From Ginglymostoma cirratum (lineage: Eukaryota), in NCBI GenBank assembly GCA_024137785.1, contig JAHRHZ010000217.1, positions 12,851,094 to 12,915,093 of the forward strand: a DNA stretch of 64,000 bases, written 5' to 3'. Within the stretch, counting starts at the first letter, position 1, and each line of letters begins with the position of its first letter. The notes beneath the pieces are model-generated. The model ran no database searches. It had not been told where the DNA came from and was given only the letters and a program-made list of their open reading frames with translations. Below, piece by piece: positions 38,060 to 64,000 of the stretch. The position numbers and the translations under genes are program-made.

Positions 38060-39010
38060 GTATTTGCTGAAAAGAAAGCTTTGACAAAATGTCTGTCCTG
38101 ATGCTTGCAAAACAAATGTGCATGAAATACCAAAGTAAATGAAAACCATGTTTTATACTGCAGGAGACTGCTGATTACTGGGCAAGTTGTCTCTGGCTGT
38201 TAATGACAACTAACTTATGTCAGGGCTTTGCTTAACTATTAAGCCAGGCAGGTTGACTGGCCAGGCATTGAGCATGACCAAGAGAATGACTGTCATCTAT
38301 TTTTTTGCATTGAAACAGGCAAGCTATGTACATTACATTTTGTCTACAAAAATGGCGCACTGTATATTAATACTTGCAGTTTATCAATACATGCAAGTGC
38401 ACCACTCTGCATGCCGAAATGACAAGCCCAAACTGTTGTCTGTGCAATTCTTTGCACAGTCAAGATTGTTTAGCAAATGCAATTGATTAGTGGAATCACA
38501 TTTACTGTTGGACATTATGTTGAGTTTTGTAAGTATGGAGCAACATTTAGATGTCATTCCATGATCAGCTAGCATTTGCTAAATAGTGCTGAGTGCAGTT
38601 AGACTCAGTGTGAATCACTTGCATGCTACATAGTCTTCAACAAAGGGCCCTGTTCTTTGCCAGCAGAATATGTACACACTGCACCTGTTTGAATGCAATA
38701 AAATAGGTGACAGCCTTTTTCTGTTTTGGCCAAGATACTACCCTGAGAAATCAGTCAATCTGCCTGGTTCAAAACGTAATCTAAACTTGAACCATTAACT
38801 GGTAGTTGTCATTGGTAGAGGCATGGAGAATGCATCAGTTAAAGTCCATTTGCCAAACTCTCAGCACTCCTCTCATGTAGTATAAATGTTGGTTTACCCC
38901 TTTAATTTGTATTCTTGCAAGTTGCCCTGATGAATGCTCTAAAGCTTTGACAAATTATGTCTGTTTTTCAGTGATACTCAAGTCCTGTACTACCAAATGA
39001 CAGTTTCTGC
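38060..39010. mobile_element. Head-to-head pair of Penelope-like 3' ends (GIY-YIG C-terminus plus terminal repeat)
   Basis: Minus ORF 38384-38575 MSNSKCDSTNQLHLLNNLDCAKNCTDN; plus arm GPVLCQQ..VHTAP; arms share CAGTCAAYCTGCCTGG; decayed hammerhead CTGATGA..TAAAGCTT at about 38927. Confidence 0.65.
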
Positions 39011-40458
39011 TTCCAATATCAAGTTTTGACTTGTTTACTGATTTTCTCCATTTGACCATTGTTGTACCTAATTTGTATTTGTTGCTCCTGGCCTTGCCTT
39101 GCATTCAGTTATTGACTTATTGTTTAAAAATTTGTGAACAAATTGTTGAAATGACCAGAACATCTATTTGCACCATCTTCTGATGCAGGTCAATAAAAAA
39201 AAAAAATTTGACAAGGTGGCTGAGCACCCTGCCACAGTCCCTTGAGGTTTGATTTTGACTAGCACTGAGTAAAAGATTAAAAACTTTCTTCATCTGATGC
39301 ATGTAAAGGAAATTGCTGAGTATAAACAGTGTGGATGGGGAAAGCTCGTCCTTTCCTCCCAATTCGTTACCTGCTGTCATTGATGTCCACTTGCAGGTTC
39401 CAAAGATGGCCAGAGAAATTGAAATGTCTCATTGCAGAATGTAACCAGTTTGAGAATGTTGATCGTGTGTCTCACTGTCTAGTGCAGTATTTGACCTGCA
39501 GCTTGATATTTATACCAGGTGCCTGAAACGTGCAGATGCTTGCCCCCAGTTCCCAGTCTCTGGTCCTTGGCATAAATTTTATCAAAGGTAAATGATTACT
39601 GAATGCAGGCAAAGATTGGGAGTGTAATATTGGTTTTTAGCTGGGACCTTCACATTTGAAATTAAAAATGCGTTATGAGGGTTTTGAAATCAAGTCCACC
39701 TATTAATGTTGGAGAATGTTCACTGGCAACCTGAAATAATTTGTTTGTTTTTCTGTACTTAAAATGTGTTTAACTTGTACTATTAATTTGGTAGTCACCT
39801 AAAGCACGTGTCACTTTTCAGATACCTCATGGGGGAAACTTAATGTTGACATATTTCAAGCTTGTGGAAGTTATGAACAAACTTTTTTAAACTGCTCAGA
39901 TTTGAAAAAACTACTTTCCCTGAATATTTACATTGAACTATTCTTAAAATGTCTGAAACCTACTGCCTTAGTTGACCTCTAAATGAAGCACGGTGCATTT
40001 TACTTTGGTAGGCCTGTGCTACCAGCTTCAAACCTGGAAAGGTATCTATAAGCACCTGAGCACCATGCCCATGAGACACTTGCCTTGCTCACTGTTGGCC
40101 AGTTCTTCATGTCAGCAAAGTATTGATGGATTGTTAAGTTCTTTAGAGCTCATTATTTGGATCTGAATTATTTGTTTCTACAAAAGGGACATTGTAATGT
40201 TTTTTAAATATTTGTTTGACAAAATGTAAAGCTTTTGTACTTGATCTCTTCTATAGCCCAGTTTGATTGCTGTCACTTACTTTAGTTTAAATGGGATTTT
40301 ACTTGATGAAAGAGATTTTAGATTTCTTACCAACATGTAAAACATTGGGGTTCAGTCACTGCAATGGAGTTTGTGGTTGTAGCTCCATTTAATTCTGTAT
40401 GCTAGTGCAATGCAGTACGATCCATGGCCATGTATTAATATATCCCATTATTACTAAG

Positions 40459-40658
40459 AATAAAGCTATGGTTGTGTCAGTGAATATCTCCAGTTAAATC
40501 CTTGTGAATACAGCTTCAGTTATTCAGTTTCTAGCTTTGCAGCACTCATTTTCTTGCTGTCTTTATCCATCATCACCCAATTATACTTTCATCTTTAAAA
40601 TGGAGAACACAATTCATACAATATACTCAATGTATCTAACACTGAAAATAAGAATAAA
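40459..40658 (+). terminator. Candidate distal poly(A) signals for HGSNAT (AATAAA at 40459 and 40653; proximal ones at 37119 and 38697)
   Basis: Canonical hexamers; the 40459 signal is followed by GT-rich sequence; usage not testable from DNA alone. Confidence 0.4.
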
Positions 40659-41599
40659 GATTATTGATTTTGAATGTTAACTCTAAAATAAGAGGAGGGG
40701 AAAAGTGAACATGACTTGGGTAAATGTACACATCTCAGTAAGGCTGCAGCAGTGGAAAGAAGTCATACAGAATCACTTGCAAAGAATAGAACCAGACGTG
40801 TATAGTCTTGACTGTAATCCAGGTCATGGGGGTCAAAACATTTCAGGGAGCTTTAGTGAATTTCTGCACTGGATCTTGTAGATAATATGTTCAATAACAG
40901 TTGTTGTTGTTGTATCTGCAGGATTTCTAGCTGCTGACTCCACCCTTAGAACCACAAGTCCAGTTTTGTTTCTGGTCAACAGTAACCCTGAGGATAGCGG
41001 TGGTTGGGGGCGGGGGCGGGGGCGCTTCAGTGAAAGTAAGTGGTCAAGAATGGTAGATTCCCTCTTGTTCAAAATGATCATGGTCTGATACTTTTATAGT
41101 GCAAATGTTACATGAGTTATCAGCCCAAACAGTGGTATTAGCTAAATCTTGCTGCATTGGACATGAGCTGCTTTAAAATTTGAATCATCTTGGAAGGTCA
41201 CTGATGATGCCAGAGTATTCTACAGAAGTTCTTCAGAATAATGTTCAAGATGACAGACCCCCACCGACCACACCCGTCTTTTGTCATTAACTAGCATAAT
41301 CAGCCTCTTATAATAGGGGCTCTTCACCTGCTTCTCAAGCTTTAAAGTCTTCCATGCAAAAAGTTTTTTTTAAAAACAATAGTTGCAGCTTTGCATTTCT
41401 GACTAATGCCCATTTTAACAAAGAACCAAAGTCTGCCAAGTTTCTATTCTTGGATTACCACCAGTTGGGAGCAGTTAAACTGTACATCATCCCAGAGTTT
41501 AGAGGAAAATAAACCAAACCTCCAGAAACAGGACAAAGTTGTATTTAGCTCATTTATAAAACAATAAGTGTAGAAATAATGGATTTTAATGGGAGCCAT

Positions 41600-41605
41600 T
41601 TTATT
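41600..41605 (-). terminator. Candidate SMARCA5 poly(A) signal
   Basis: TTTATT on + (AATAAA on -) about 185 nt past the stop codon. Confidence 0.5.
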
Positions 41606-41789
41606 ACATGGTAGAAAAAAATATTCAGCACAGCTGTTTAAAATTCAATAAACTCTAGACTACATTAATTCCTACTATTACAGTGGGAATGATGCTGTAA
41701 TACCACATACGAGATTGCTATCAAAGCTTTATACATCCTCAGTAGAACTGAAATACATTAACTATGCAGACATGATGAGCATAGACAAT

Positions 41790-62976
<21,187 letters not shown>

Positions 62977-64000
62977 CTGTGGAAGAGATCCCAAACATTT
63001 AGAGTCTGAAATCGCTGTAAAGGTTTGTAGAGAACAGAGCTTAAGTGGATATGAAACCATAGCATGACCGAAAAGAAAAGCATTACTATATCAGGAACCA
63101 TTTAACTGAAAGCACCGTGACAGCTTGAGACAACAAAAAGCAAGCAGCTCAATCAAACTGGCATCAGGGTCTCAACGTTTGCATTCAGACGCAGACTTCA
63201 AACCAAAGATGGCATATTTCACAGACTACAGCCACTCTATAGCAGCTAATTAAACAAGGCCAAATAATACAGAGACAAACAGTCAAACAGAGTACAAAAC
63301 TTCATCTAGGTAGGCAACTGTAGGATTAGGGGTGAGAACAGGGTGGCCAGGGAGGGGATGATGTTAAGGAAAACCAGTTTACTAAACTGTGGGTAGTACC
63401 AAACAATTATTTATTGTTACTGCAGGGATTTTTTTTTAACTGTTACAGTTGGAGAAACATCTTCAGGCGAGAACCAGATAATTATGCTCACCATTTCATA
63501 GGATAAAGAAAGTGGTCATATCTGATGCTCATAAAAAGCAGAGCAACTGCTTGCAATCAGTATAATTATTTCATTTTCCTTACTAAAACAATAGCTCAAT
63601 TCGATGTGGCCTGGACTAAGATAAAGACTTCATCCTTTTACTGGCTACTAGGGTCCCATGAAAAATAATGTGAAGCAGTTTCAAGTTGGGTCCCTGTGAG
63701 CACAGAGCTATACAAAACATGTCAAAGGCCATTGTAATGAAGCAGTTATTTTATACCCGCATTAAGATGATCTTTCAACATCACCCAGCATTTCAACTGT
63801 GCTGGACTTGACATCAAAATGCACAAAAATTGACAAAATCCAGTTGAGAGTTCAAAGACACTAAAATGTAAGTTAGGCTAAATTGAGTCAGTGCGCCCAT
63901 AGTCATTCACACTGTTCTATCTTAGGCTATCAAGTATAGCAAATTAAGTTGGGAGAACAAGCGGTGTTGTTCATAATTTGAAAACCCAAATTACAGCAGC

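Noticed and set aside
41000-41030. GGGGCGGGGGCGGGGGCG as a promoter between the two genes
   Set aside because: Isolated, not in a CpG island, and embedded in what looks like a decayed LINE fragment.

Overview
Vertebrate genomic DNA, most likely from a cartilaginous fish (shark); this is inferred from HE1-type and Deu-domain SINEs, CR1/L2 LINEs and Penelope-like remnants. It is not a prokaryotic window, and most ORFs in the supplied track are spurious or are exon read-throughs. Two convergent multi-exon genes were reconstructed by hand from GT-AG boundaries and codon phase. (1) A complete 18-exon HGSNAT or HGSNAT-like gene (lysosomal heparan-alpha-glucosaminide N-acetyltransferase) lies on +, from ATG 345 or 471 to stop 37059 (673 or 631 aa), behind a GC-box-rich CpG-island promoter. 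(2) The last 20 exons of SMARCA5 (SNF2H, ISWI remodeller) lie on -, 62976 to stop 41790; its 5' end is outside the window. Introns are filled with nested retroelements. The most unusual signal is a set of short fold-back insertions with 11-16 bp target-site duplications that carry minimal type I hammerhead-ribozyme motifs (CUGANGA-stem II-GAAA-CG-UH), apparently from at least three Penelope-related families. Two copies keep the catalytic core on the SMARCA5 sense strand in intron 19. Also notable: a DPEG-to-DPEN change in a conserved HGSNAT motif, a Penelope-derived inverted repeat downstream of the HGSNAT stop, and a 400-N gap that looks false. Repeat boundaries are approximate; exon boundaries were counted base by base.
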